Part shown: positions 25,755 through 39,305 of the stretch, piece after piece
How positions within the stretch are numbered: position 1 is the first letter of the stretch
How the letters are laid out: each line of letters starts with the position of its first letter
NCBI GenBank assembly: GCA_013265495.1
Contig: MU058531.1
Span: 3,038,911 to 3,102,910, forward strand
Reading direction: 5' to 3'
Origin: Vicugna vicugna
Lineage: Eukaryota
DNA: 64,000 bases
Notes under the pieces: model-generated
Seen by the model: the letters and a program-made list of their open reading frames with translations, nothing else
The model's database searches: none
Told to the model about the DNA's origin: nothing
Made by a program: the position numbers and the translations under genes

Positions 25755-26215
25755 TGGATCAGCTTCCTGTTGCTGCTGTAACAAATGACCACTTAGTGTT
25801 TCAAAGCAGCCCAGCTGAGTTACAGTTCTGGCGTCAGAAGTCCAAAATGGGCTAAATTCAAAGTCCTGGCAGGACTGAGTTCCTTTCTGGGGGAGACCCT
25901 GTCTCTCATCTTTTTCAGCTTCTGGAGGTGCCTGCATTTCTTGGCTCATGGCTCCCTTCCATCTTCAAAGCCAGCAGTTGCATCCCCCTGACTTTGCTTC
26001 TGTTGTCATGTCTCCTCTGATTTTGACCCTGACTCTTTTCTACCTCTAAGGATCCTTGTAATCAGATTAGGTCCACCTGGAAAATCCAGGATAATTTCCC
26101 TGTTTTAAGACCAGCTGATTAATAACCTCAAGTCCACCTGCTGGCTTAATGCCTTTTTCCCATGTGAAGTAACTTGTTCAGTTTCCAGGGATTAGGAACT
26201 AGACATTTTCAGGGT
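25755..26215. mobile_element. MaLR LTR (MLT1-type)
   Basis: ttgctgctgtaacaaatgaccac...ccttccatcttcaaagccagc...aatccaggataat...ccagggattagga. Confidence 0.75.
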
Positions 26216-27689
26216 GCTCTTTGAAGTGGAGTGAGGGGCTCTTTAACACCAATTAAGGTGATCCTAATTCACAGAGGAAAAAGCACATAGAATTTTCTCA
26301 TTTTTAAGTTTTTGTCCTATAACTTTTCTTAAATCTTAAATCTTACCACTTTTCTGTCAATAAGCTCTACTTAATACCAAAATACATGAACATGAACAGG
26401 TAACAAATGAATATTTACTAAAAAAACGGAGGCAGTCAGAAAAGCTTATTTTGAAAGCTTTTAAAAAATATATACATGAGTGCTTATGGTTGTGAAGTTA
26501 TTTTGCACAAAGTTAGTACAGTTTCTATTGATTTTTGTCTCTTGTCCATGTGACGAAATAAGTATATAAATACTTCACAGTATTTTCCAAAAATGAAGAC
26601 TTTGACTGGTCTTTTTCCCAAAGCTTTGACCATGAGGACTTATGTGCTGAGGTTTGGTTTCTCTGCTTTTCATTCCAAGCCTGAAGACAAGCTCTTCAGT
26701 TAATAAGGCAGTTGTTTACTGAGCCCCTGTCATATACTCAGCACTGTCCAGTCACGTATGTGGAATTCAACTGTTTATGAAACAGCTCTTTGGTTAAGAT
26801 TAAGAAATAGCCCCAGTACAAAAATCAACAGTTCTGCAGCATCTGGAAATTATCTAAATGCTAAACTGTATGGTCCAGGCTAGAAGTGCTCATGAAACTC
26901 TGAAAGGGAAAAGTTCCACGTGGGTGAAAAAAGAGAAGGCTTCATGGGAGAGGTGAGACTTAATTTGAGTCTCTAACGATGAGTGAATAAGCAGGGGTGG
27001 GAGGGAGGAGTGTGGTGTGGTGAGTGCTTGGCTGCCGTTGCCTTGTTGCGCACTGTGCAGGTGCCAAGCCATGGCTCCTGGGCTTCAGAGGGCGTCATAA
27101 TTACCTGGGGGGCTTATCTAGGATGCATGCCCAGAGATAATGAAACAAGCTAAAAAGAAAAAAAAATCTGATCAGTTGATCCTTGGACTACACTTTGAGA
27201 AACACTCCTGAACTTCTGTGTCTGCATTCCCCACTAGACTGTTACCTGGAAGTTAGGGCCTGTAATTTATTTATCTTTCTACCCCCAGCAACTAGCCCAG
27301 ATCCTGGCACATCACAGGGGCTTGACAGATATTTACTAAATAGAACCACACTACAGAACATAAGACGATCTTGATGGATCAGTCAGGAGGACAGAAACTA
27401 CACTAGGTATTTCAAAAGAGAGAATTTAATATAAGCAATTAGCTAAACAGATGCTGGAGGACGGAAATAGTGAACAGGGAACACTGGGTAACACACAGGT
27501 AAGTACTTTCCATCCATAGAGCTGGTGGGGGTGGGGGTGGGCAAAGAGAAGAAGGTAGGGTTGTCCCAATACAGACACTTGATTCTAGGACACTTAATCG
27601 AATGTACTAGAACACTTTTACGTCTGTACAGTCCTAGCCATGTTCTGACACAACATAGGAATTGTGCATTTAACACCCAAAGATTAGTC

Positions 27690-28062
27690 TTTCTTTAAAT
27701 TAAAAATAAGCCAAGTTGGGGGTGGAGTTGGCTATAAAGGGGTAGTGCAAGGGGGCCTCATGGTGATGGATGAGGTCTTATCTCGATTCTAGGAAAGGAT
27801 GCATGTCTCTACACATGTGATGACTTTGCATAGAAATACCCCTACACACCCCCAACACATGCAGAAATAAATACATATAAATCTGGTGAAATCTGAATAA
27901 GCTCTGTGGAACATACCAGTGTGTGTTCCCTGGTTTTGACAGTATGCCATAGTTATGCAAGATGTTACCATTGAGAAAACTTGGTAAAGGGCACATGGGA
28001 CTTCTCTGTACATTTCTTTTGCAACATCTTGTGAATCTATAATTATTTCAAAATAATTTAAA
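27690..28062 (+). mobile_element. Old L1 3' end, ending just upstream of exon 9
   Basis: gttatgcaagatgttaccattgagaaaacttggtaaagggcacatgggac...gtgaatctataattatttcaaaataa. Confidence 0.75.
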
Positions 28063-28089
28063 TAAGCTCATGGCCTTTATTATTTGTAG

Positions 28090-28257
<168 letters not shown>

Positions 28258-28818
28258 TAATGGAGATAGATGAAATTCAGGAAATAGAGGATGCATAATT
28301 TGTTCTGTAATGCTGTTTTTGAAAGGCAATTAAGACACGAGTCACAAAGGGTTGTAGTCAAGATGTTGTGTCATTTTTTCCTGACTTCCGTAAACTGCAC
28401 TGTTTTTTTTGCTAAACTATGAGCTTCTGGTTTAATCAAAATTCTTTCCAATACTAGGAAATTGGGGGGGGGAGTTTCTCTCTCCTTTCTCCCCACTCCC
28501 CTTCTATTTCCCCTCGTTCTTGCTATCAACCCCAGCCCTCTCTGATTTTCAGGTCATGCTTTATCCTACTTTTTTTTTTTTTTATAATTCTTTCCCTCTA
28601 AAAAAAGTATTCATGATACGTGGAGCATTTTGAAAAGCAAGGGCTTAGTCAATTTTATTATCTGGGGCTGATTATTAGTGTGTTTTTTTTTCTTAGATTA
28701 AAACAAGGAATGGGTTGTTGATGGTGAAAGGGAGATTGATAGGAAAGCATGTAGATTGCTGTCTACAAATCAATTTTCCTTTAATTTTAGAGAATTGAAT
28801 CACATTTATCCATTTCAG

Positions 28819-28962
28819 ACTCTCACACAGTTTCTTGGATGGTCTCTTTTAAATACTGACACCTATGAGAAAATGAATAAGCTAGAAAACAGAAAGGACA
28901 TAGCTCAGGAGATGCTCATGAACCACACTAAAGCTACTCCTGAAGAAATCAAGTCTATTCTG
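28819..28962 (+). CDS. PDE6C: PDE6C exon 10 (144 nt)
   Basis: ttc[56 protein letters not shown]. Confidence 0.96.
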
Positions 28963-29605
28963 GTAAGTGAGGAACTCGGTCCTAGACGGTGTCTAACCAG
29001 CCCTTCTGGAATTCACCTAATTACCCAGAGGTCTGACAAATGACAATAAGTTTAGTCCTGGGCTAAGGAGGAGGAGGAGACAAGAAAAGGAGGGTTGGGG
29101 AGAACCTGGGTGGCCCACAGTACACAGAGCCTTACTGAATTTCCAGGCTGCTTGGCTGGAATAGCACTTTGTTAAAAATAGCTCTGTAGGAGCTGGAGTA
29201 GTGAGGTCTAGATTGAGTTTTGTTAGCAAGGGAATAAATACATCCAGGAAGGGAAACATATCAGTCAGCTCTTGCCATGTAATGAATGCTGCATAACAGC
29301 CATAACCTCTCAGTGGCATACAACAATGAGCATCTATGTGTCACTCTTGCATTTGTGGGTTGACCAAGCTTCAGCTGATCTCGTTTGGGCTGGGTTCCAA
29401 GCTGTGAGTTGCTTTGCTCTCTGTATCTCTCATCCTTCTTGCCCAGCAGCTACCTGACAGATGTTCTTATGGTGACTACCGAAGTACAAAGAGCAAGCCC
29501 ATCTATGCAAGCTTGTTTCAAATCTTTACTCACATCTCATTCACTAAAATTCATGTTGGCCCAGATCAATATCATGGATGATGGGGGATCAAAAAGATAC
29601 TTGCT

Positions 29606-29750
29606 AGGGGAGGGTATAGCCCAGTGGTAGAGTGCCTGCCTAGCAGGCACAAGGTCCTGGGTTCAATTCCCAGTACCTCTATTAAAAAAAAATTAACAAG
29701 TAAATAAGCCTAAAAATCCATCCCTCAATTTAAAAAATTAAAAAAATATA
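29606..29750 (+). mobile_element. tRNA-derived SINE
   Basis: ggggagggtatagcccagtggtagagtgc...gtcctgggttcaattcccagtacctc plus A-rich tail. Confidence 0.85.
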
Positions 29751-30257
29751 TTTGCTAATAGTGTTCTAATTACCACCCAATTAAGAGGAAATACCACACC
29801 CCATTATCTCTGTTCCTTCTATTTCCCTTCCTTGGGTTTTTTTTCTTTTTTCTTTTTGATGGTTTTTGGTTTTGCTGGGTGATTTGAGAAGAGAAATTTG
29901 ATTTGTGAGTGAGATGTTGAAGATGAGAATGTCTGGGGAGAATGAAGGGAAGTTGCTATAAACTAACAGAGAAGCAGATGTAAGCCACTCATTTTGCTCC
30001 CCTACCTACATGCAAACAACTCATGTCTTCTTTTTTTTTTTTTTAAGACAGCTACTGTTACATTTTGGGAGAAAAGAGAAGTTACTTGTATTATTTTTGA
30101 GAGAAAATTCTACATAATCAAGTGCTATAGGTCTTTGTATCCAGAATGCATCTTTGTCATGGGCCTCATCATAGTGTAGTTTATTTTAACTGACTTTAAG
30201 AGCAGAGAGAAATCGACTTCGTAGGAAATTCACACCTCCATTTCTCTTACATTTTAG

Positions 30258-30326
30258 AAATTTAAAGAAAAGTTAAATATAGATGCAATTGAAGACTGTG
30301 AAGAGAAACAACTTGTCACAATTTTG
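30258..30326 (+). CDS. PDE6C: PDE6C exon 11 (69 nt)
   Basis: tttAG|KFKEKLNIDAIEDCEEKQLVTIL|GTAAGT. Confidence 0.94.
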
Positions 30327-31054
30327 GTAAGTGTTTTACTTCTATCCTTAATGCTTTTTAAATAAAACAGATTGGGAACTGCATTCTCATTTTTCAAGTA
30401 AGTGCTGAGTTTCCTCTTTGGCACCTTTCAAAGCTAAGAAGAAAAGAGATTTCTTCTGAAGAGTGATTTTCTGGTTCCCTTCTTTCTTCCTCTTTGTCCC
30501 CTAAAGTCCGATACACAGAGGTAATTTAGAATTACCAAACGACTGCATAAGGGAATTCAGGCACACACTCTAGGAGAACATGGCCTGGTTTATTTTAATG
30601 GCTTTGTATTCCACCACGGCCTCCCCAGAAGACATGACAGAATTATAGTAGAACGTAGACCCTTCTGGAGCCTGGAAGAATTCAGTTCTTCCCTATTGTT
30701 GCCGTAAGGCCATCCTTGTTATTTCTAGTTGAAATAACTTCTCTTTCAGTCGTTAATCCTGTTTTGTTGTGTCTGCTTCTAACCCGATTCAAACCTGTTT
30801 TCTACAGTCTGCTGTTAAACCTATCCAGTAAGTTTTTAATTTCAGAGATTATCTTTTTCAGTTTTGGAATGCCTATTCTTTTTTCAAAGATTCTAATTCT
30901 GTGCTGAAACTTTTCATTGTTTTATCTACTTTATCTCTCTTTTTGTCTATTTTCTTGAATTTGTTGATTCGTTGTGATTTTAAATTCTCCATCTCAATAC
31001 CTGACTCACCTATAGGTCTGGTTCTCCTGTCTATTTTTTTTTGCACTATATTTC

Positions 31055-31585
31055 TATTTTATTGAAGTATGGTTGATTTACAGTGCTGTGTTAGTTTCTG
31101 GTGTAAAACATAGTGATTCAGTCATATATATATACATTTTTTCATAATAGATTATTACAAGATATTGAATATAGATCCCCATGCTATACCATAGGACCTT
31201 GTTGTTCATCTATTTTATGTATAGTAGTTTGTATCTACTACTCTCAAACTCCTAATTTACTCCTCTTTCCCTTTGGTAACCATAAGTTTGTTTTCTATGT
31301 CTACAAGTCTTCTCTGATTTATAAATAAGTTTATTGGTCTCATTTTTTTAAGATTCCACATATAAGTGATATGGAGTGATATTTGTCTTTCTCTGACTTA
31401 ATTTAGTATGATAATCTCTAGGTCCATCCAGGTTACTGCAAATGGTATTATTTCATTCTTTTTTATGGCTGAGTAGTATTCCAGTGTGTGTGTGTATACA
31501 TACCATACATGTACACACACATACACACACACCACAACTTCTGTATCCAGTCATCTGTCAAAGGACATTTAGGTGCTTCCATGTC
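31055..31585 (-). mobile_element. L1 3'UTR fragment
   Basis: Same family as 2685-4127 (ggtaaccataagtttgttttctatgtc, ctctaggtccatcca). Confidence 0.85.
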
Positions 31586-34320
31586 AAATCTATCATCTCT
31601 TTTTACTCTTGAGTTTCAGTCATTTGATCATTTTAAAGCATGCATCATCCATTTTTCAACTGAAACCAGAAATTGATAAAAACTTGTAGGGGCTCTAGGT
31701 GATCTTTCTATTAAGAGGGTCACATTTTCTTCTAATAGGTGAATAGAGTTGGTTTTAGATTCTGTTAGGAATTGTCAGTTTCCATGTTGCCTTTACTACT
31801 AGGGTAGAGCCCTTACCAAGAAATATCCAGAAGAGTGTGGCCCTTCCGGGATCTCAGCTGAAAGGCTGGGATATTTACCATGGCCCCTGGACCTTGAATT
31901 TCAGAGGTTTTAATACAATCTGATTACAGTGGGAATAATACCACATTTATTTTCCTTATTAACCACCTCATCCTACTGTTTTACTCTGCTCCTTTCTAAT
32001 CCGTTATATAAATGTTCTTTCTAAACTAAGACATACTGAGTATCTCACCTTCCCCATCCCATCTGTCATGGGCTCTGCCCTCTCGTCCTGGCCCTTGACT
32101 CTTCTCCCACAGAGCCAGGGACCTTGGACCCTTATCTGAGGGCCCAGCTCCCAGCCTGCAGAGTTTCATGTCACCTGGGGCTCTTCTACCATCTCTCACT
32201 CTTCTTGGCTCCACCCTGAGCACGTTCCCCTCACACCTGGCCCAGAAGACGACCCTTCCATCTCCTCATTTGCTCCCGGCAACACTCATCTTCTGGTAAA
32301 ACAAAACTTTAATTGGCATCCATGATAGTTTGGACATTTTCTAGTTCTCTATTTAGAGGAGGAAGAGCCTTATATTGGAGAAGCAATAAGATGGGCCAAG
32401 AACCAGTAGACTAACAAAAACAAAACAAAATGAAAAAACAACAGCCTGTTTTGAATGTAAAATATGCCCTAGGCTTGTCTCAAATCCTTGCTGCATAAGG
32501 CTTAAGAACCCAAGAAACAAACAAGCATATATTTCAGATTCCACATTTGATCAGAACAGTAGGGCAGAGGCGAGCTCCAGCAGGGAGGCTCTGTGGCCTG
32601 GGGTACCCCACCCCACAGCCCATAACTCTCCTCTTAGTCTGATTTGTAAACGGAGTGCTTATTTTCTGTCTCTCCCTGTGAGAACGTGTGTTTCAGGGCA
32701 GCGACATGTCTGCTTCCTTTGTTGCTTTGTCCATAATGCCCCAACACAGATAGAAACCGATAAATGTTTGTGGAATGAGAAATACTAAACGAACAAATGA
32801 AAAAGGAAAGCCTTCATGGGTAAGGAATCTGAAAGGGCCTGGAGGGAGAGAGAAAGTGACGAGAAAGAGCAGTGGAGGACATGGAAGATTCTGTGAGAAT
32901 TGGAGAAAGGAGTTCTGAGGAGTGTTACTAGGGGCCCTGAGTTGAATCCTCTCTACTTGTCTTTGATGCAGACAAATAAAATTGCTACTGCTTTTTCATT
33001 AACATGACAAAGACAAAAATGTTACTGTTATTCCCATTTCCCAGATGAGAGTATTGAGTCTTGTTCAGCCTAGGAGATGCAGCTAATCCCCAATCCAGAA
33101 CTGAACGCTAGTCTCCTGGCTCCATTGCGCTGCCAGAAAAAGATCTCTGCCTAAAGTGGCCAGTCTAAGAGTGGCCTTGGTGAGAAGGGGGCACAGGAGG
33201 ACCAAGGAGCCCCCTGGAGAGAAGGGCAAGGGTGTGAGGGGTCAGCCCAGACTCTAGGGTTTGGAAACCAGAAACCATAATTGTACCGAAGGAGTCATGT
33301 ACCATTTGGTGTGGAAATTTGTACAAATAGAGCATGAATTATCCCCTGGGAAACCTTGAGCTTACTGAGGCATGTGACCTTAGCACAGTATTAAGAATTT
33401 ACGACAGACTCAGTAAATAAATATCCACTGAACTGAATTGCTCCTGCACGTTCATCTGGTAGACTCACATAGCTCTTCCTACTTCTTTCCTCCCTGCCTG
33501 CCTCCAAATCAGCTGAATATACACCCCTCCAGAACCTCTCCTACTTTACTTCCCCCAGCCTGCCTGCAACTTCTCCCACAGCCCTGGCACTCGAAGCTGT
33601 GCTCTGTGAATATTCTAAGCTCTCACCTTTCACTGGTTTGTATTTTATAAACATTTCAATAGATTAAGTTCCTTAAGAACAAGGTCCATATTTTTACTTC
33701 CCAGGCCATGTCAATACTCTGCCTAATTTACTGTTTTCTCACCTAGTCCTAACTCCTAACAAGGGGCGGGTTAAATGTGACATCTGCTAGTGTACCAGGG
33801 CACTGCGGGGGCATGCATGCATGCTTGCATTCATTCATTCATTGAAGAAGCATTCACCCAGCATCTCCATGGGTCAGGCACCACAGGTTCTGAGATACAA
33901 CAGCAAGTAAAACAGACCCGACCCCATCGGTGTGGAGCCCACAGACTAGTAGGAAAGTGTCACTAAACAGGTAAAGAAAACACAATAGAATTGAATTAAG
34001 CTGTCAGCTACTGCGCACTGAATATTTCTGGAATAGGGAAATAAGGGAAGTTGAGTATTGAAAATGGATTAGGCTGCTGCCACTAGACATTTTATTTTGC
34101 ATCAGAGAAGGCAAATAGCCGCTGGGGGCCGATTTGGAATTGAATGCCATCACAAGTTTCTTAATATAGCCGAGCCTCAGTTTCACCATCTGGAAACTGG
34201 GGATAATTGTGCAGGTTTGTTGTGAGGATTATATGCATAACCCAGTCCTGGGCATGGAGAGGCTCCGTGAATTGCATTTGATATCCTTTTATTGTAATTT
34301 TGTTTTATGCCCAGTGTTGA

Positions 34321-34626
<306 letters not shown>

Positions 34627-34640
34627 TAAAATATGATTAA

Positions 34641-34943
<303 letters not shown>

Positions 34944-34964
34944 TAGGCCCAGTCCATTCTTTTA

Positions 34965-35133
34965 TTTTTTAATTTTGAATAGTTAAAAAAATTTTATTAT
35001 TATTTATTATTTTTTGGGTGGGTGGGGTAATTAGGTTTGTTTATTTTATTCTTAGAGGAGATGCTGGGGACTGAACCCAGGACCACATGCATGCTAATCA
35101 TGGACTCTACCACTGAGCTATGCCCTCCCCCCT
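34965..35133 (-). mobile_element. tRNA-derived SINE in intron 13
   Basis: ctggggactgaacccaggacc...ctctaccactgagctatgccctcccc; perfect 15-bp TSD CAGTCCATTCTTTTA (34950-34964, 35134-35148). Confidence 0.88.
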
Positions 35134-35409
35134 CAGTCCATTCTTTTACATCAGTAATTTTGGAATTCATGGACACAATCCCATAAACCCCCAGATTCCC
35201 TGGAGTTGATCCCAAGGAATGTGGGTGGATTATCACTCTGACGTTCATGGACTTATACCCTTAAAGTTCAGTTATCTGCTGGCTTTGGAACTTCCCAGAA
35301 TGAGCTACAGTCCTCAAGAACTAAAGTCAGCTTGCTCTAAAAACACAGCAGATCCCCTCTGGCAGGCAGGCCTCACTGCACATGCTGTGGAGGTGTATTC
35401 ATCCAAGTA

Positions 35410-35589
<180 letters not shown>

Positions 35590-35967
35590 TAAGTGAACAC
35601 ATGGGGCCATGTGGACATGTCCTGGTGCCTCTGCCTTATTTGTAAATGCCTTCACTCCTTTATTCAACTTTGTTTCAGCACTGATTTTCAACTTACACCT
35701 GTACACACCTGGGTGACACTCCCCCGGCTCAAGCTGGAGAACGTTTCTTCCTGGGCTCTCTACCACTCACATCCCTGGTCCTTGTGCTTCTGTCAGCTGA
35801 CCTGGCATCTTCGCATCATTGTTGTCTTTCTCTCTTGCCCGAGAAGGAAAGTGCAGTTATAAGGGTGCAGGTTCTCAGCGCCCGACTCTAGTTACCTGAG
35901 CACAGTGTATGTGGTTCTGGCAGCTCCAATAAGCTGCTGGGATCAAATGTGTCTTTTTGCACGATGA

Positions 35968-36090
35968 CTTTTTTTGGTGGTGGGAGGGGAGGTAATTAGG
36001 CTTCTTTATTTAATGGAGGTACTGGGGATTGAACCCGGGGTCTTGTACATGCTAGGCAAGCACTCTACCACTGAGCTATATCCTCCCCCA
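35968..36090 (-). mobile_element. tRNA-derived SINE
   Basis: ggaggtactggggattgaacccgggg...ctctaccactgagctatatcctcccc. Confidence 0.85.
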
Positions 36091-37569
36091 AAGATGATTC
36101 TTAATGAACATGTGTACTCTTACTGTGCTGGAGAAATTGCTCAGGAGTCTGCAAAGATACGGAGACATTACATTGGCAAAAGCAGTCAACGAAAGGCTGA
36201 CTCTGACTGAATCATTCTCACGCTAATGGTACTGGTCAGGCTCCTGTGCCGTGTAATCTGGCTTGACCTTGTGCCCTGGTCTGCTTACTCATCTCCAAAA
36301 TGTCTGACCCCCCGTGGTTCTGGTTTCCACCCTTATCTCCCAGCTTTAGACTCTGCCCTCTGGCAACGCCCTAACAACCTTGCCATTTTCAAATTTTTTG
36401 TTATTCCTTCAAGTACTTGTCTTCTCTTGGTTTGCTGTACTTTTCTAGCCAGTCTTTTATAGGTTTATAGATTTCTTGTTCTCTTTCACCCCTTTTTCTT
36501 GTTTAGTTTTTCAATTCTCTCATCTTTTAATTTCCTTTGCCCCCCACCTTGTCCCTGAAGAAATGCAATTATCAGGGAAAAAAATCAGAGGAATTTTAGG
36601 ATTTAGCTCATCTGCCCCACCCCGCCGTGTTCCCTCCTGTGTCCTCTAGGCAGCATCTGCACTGGATTCTCCGCAGTGGTTCACAAGGCAGACCATTCTA
36701 TTTGTATTTATTAAAAAAATTTTAAATAACATTTTTTAATATTTCAAAATTGGTGCAACACTGTACTTATATTAAAAATATTGTGCTGTACACGTGGAAG
36801 ATTTTGTTAAGAGGGTAGATCTCACGCTGTGTTCTTACCGCAATAAAATATTTTTTAAAGCAAAAAAAATTGCCGTTTAAGTACATACTCTAACAGCCAA
36901 TGGATAAGTTATTTTTTCATTTTTTGTCACCTGAAAATAAAATAGTCATGACTTCCATCAATGTTCATTCAAGTTATTGATAAAATTGTGCATCAGGACA
37001 AAAGCCATGGCAGAGTTCTGGGGCCAGGGACTAGAAACCTACCCCTGGGGCTGAAGACAGGCGATTCAGCCACACCTGTTGGGCTCTGCTGTCCAGTATT
37101 TGAATATTGAGTGACCATACTCAGTGCTCCAACTTGCACAGAATGTTTCTTGAAGCTGCTGCTCCGTTGCCTCGCTGAAATCCAGAGGCATGCTGTCCCT
37201 GGCCTTCCTCTCTCACAAGCCTTATCATAAAAGGGTTCATAGCAGCAGTTCAGCATCATCTTCTCTTTCTGAACCTTCTCTGGAATGTCCTAGTGACTAT
37301 TCTGTAAGTGCTTACAAATTCTGAAGCAGTTAAACTGTTGCAGGTTAACATCCGTCTCCCTGTTCTGCATCTATTGATAGTACCGTTTTCTACTTCTTTG
37401 GTTTTAGGGTGGATTTTACTTGTAGCTGATCTCCAGTCATCTTTACCACCTCAAAATTCCCCTGGGAATGCTGACAAGGGTCCCCCACCCCCATCCTCAA
37501 ATTCCTTCAGGGAGCTGGGGTGCTACTCGCTGGGTTAACAGATGTGTGTGTGCATGTCTGTGTATAAAA

Positions 37570-38240
37570 TAATCTTTTTTTTTTTTAACAGAACCATTTG
37601 TGAGACAGTTGCAGGCCTCATGACATGTCACCCCAAAGTATTTCAGCGTGTATTTCCTAAGGATAAGGGGGACATTTGCTTATATAAACACAATATGATG
37701 ATCACCCTCAAGAGACTTAGTATTGGTACAATACTATTATCCAATATGGAATGTTTATTCCAATTTTTCCAATTTTCTCAATAATGCCCTGTGTAGCTAT
37801 CCTTTTTTCTCTTTGATTTGGGATCTAATCAAGGATCACACAGTGCACTTTGTTGTCAAGTGTCTTTACTCCCCTTCAAGCTGGATTGTTCCTCAGCTTT
37901 TTGTTACCTTTCAGGATGTTGACATTTCTGAAGAGGCTAGGTGAGTTGTTTTGCATCACATCCCTCAATGTGGATTTGTTTAGTTTTCTGATGATGATTC
38001 AGGGTACAGGTTTTTGGCAGGAATTCTATGTAGATGGTGTGTCCTTTTCAATGCGTTGCATCAGGAGGCTCATGTTATGACTTTGTTCCATTAGCTACGA
38101 GGTTAAGTTAAACTGTTTATGGACAATATCCAGCAGATGTCTTTATGTAAAGGTACATTTCCTCCTTTATATTAATACATCATCTGTGAGGTGTCATTTT
38201 GAGGCTGGTTGAATATCCAGCTCCCCAGCAGCCTTTCTTG
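37570..38240 (-). mobile_element. Old L1 (L1MC/ME-like) 3' fragment
   Basis: gtatttcctaaggataagggg...aatcaaggatcacac...ttgacatttctgaagagg pattern. Confidence 0.6.
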
Positions 38241-39119
38241 ACTGATGTTTTTCAACCTAAAGGAATTAAAGATACAACTCATTTCTGACTGGAATTGAGC
38301 TTTATTCATGTTTTAAAAATCTCCAGTGCTGACACATGTTAATAATTAAATTATGATCAATTATAATACTGATCACAGTCTGTTCTCAAACTCGAGTATT
38401 TGGTTTACCAGATTGTTAGTGACCTGTGAATGACTCTTCTCCGTAAAGCTGTGTTCTTTCTGAAATTAAATGAAACTTCTCTGCCAAGGCTGCTACCCAT
38501 ATTTCTGATTTTTCTCACTTGCTTGAAATTATAAGAAAGTCTTCAAATTATCTATGTAGACCTTTAACGTCAGCTTCTCTCTACCTTTTCACCTTTTTAT
38601 TTTCAATGTCACTTCCCCTTCCTCAATCAGGAAGAACTACAGAAAGACAGGTTACTGAAGACCCCACTTACATAAAGCTGTGACCTCACCATTAACAACA
38701 GGGAAATTTAAATTGATGTCACTGTCTTGGAGGAGGAAAGAAATGTTAACTCTATAATCATTTTCATTTTGGCTTCTGATAATTCTTAAATACTTTCTAT
38801 GCAAACAATCTATGGGCTTCAACAAGTTTGCTCCATGTTCTATGAGTCATAGTCACCACCATAAGCTCCAGGGAACTAAAAGATTTTAGGAGCATAGGAT
38901 GAACCAAACTTCCTAGTTTAAACAAGTCGATCACTTTATGCATACAACAAATTAGGGTGTTTTTTTTAAAAGCATATTCTCATATTCTAAATCTAAAAAT
39001 TCTTTTCCAATATGTTACTTTTGACTGTTTCACAGGCATTAGGGGAGAGGGGAAAAAAGGGAAAAAAATCCTCAGATTGTAAAGATTCTGTATCGTGTGA
39101 CCTAAGGTGTACTCTTTAA

Positions 39120-39305
<186 letters not shown>
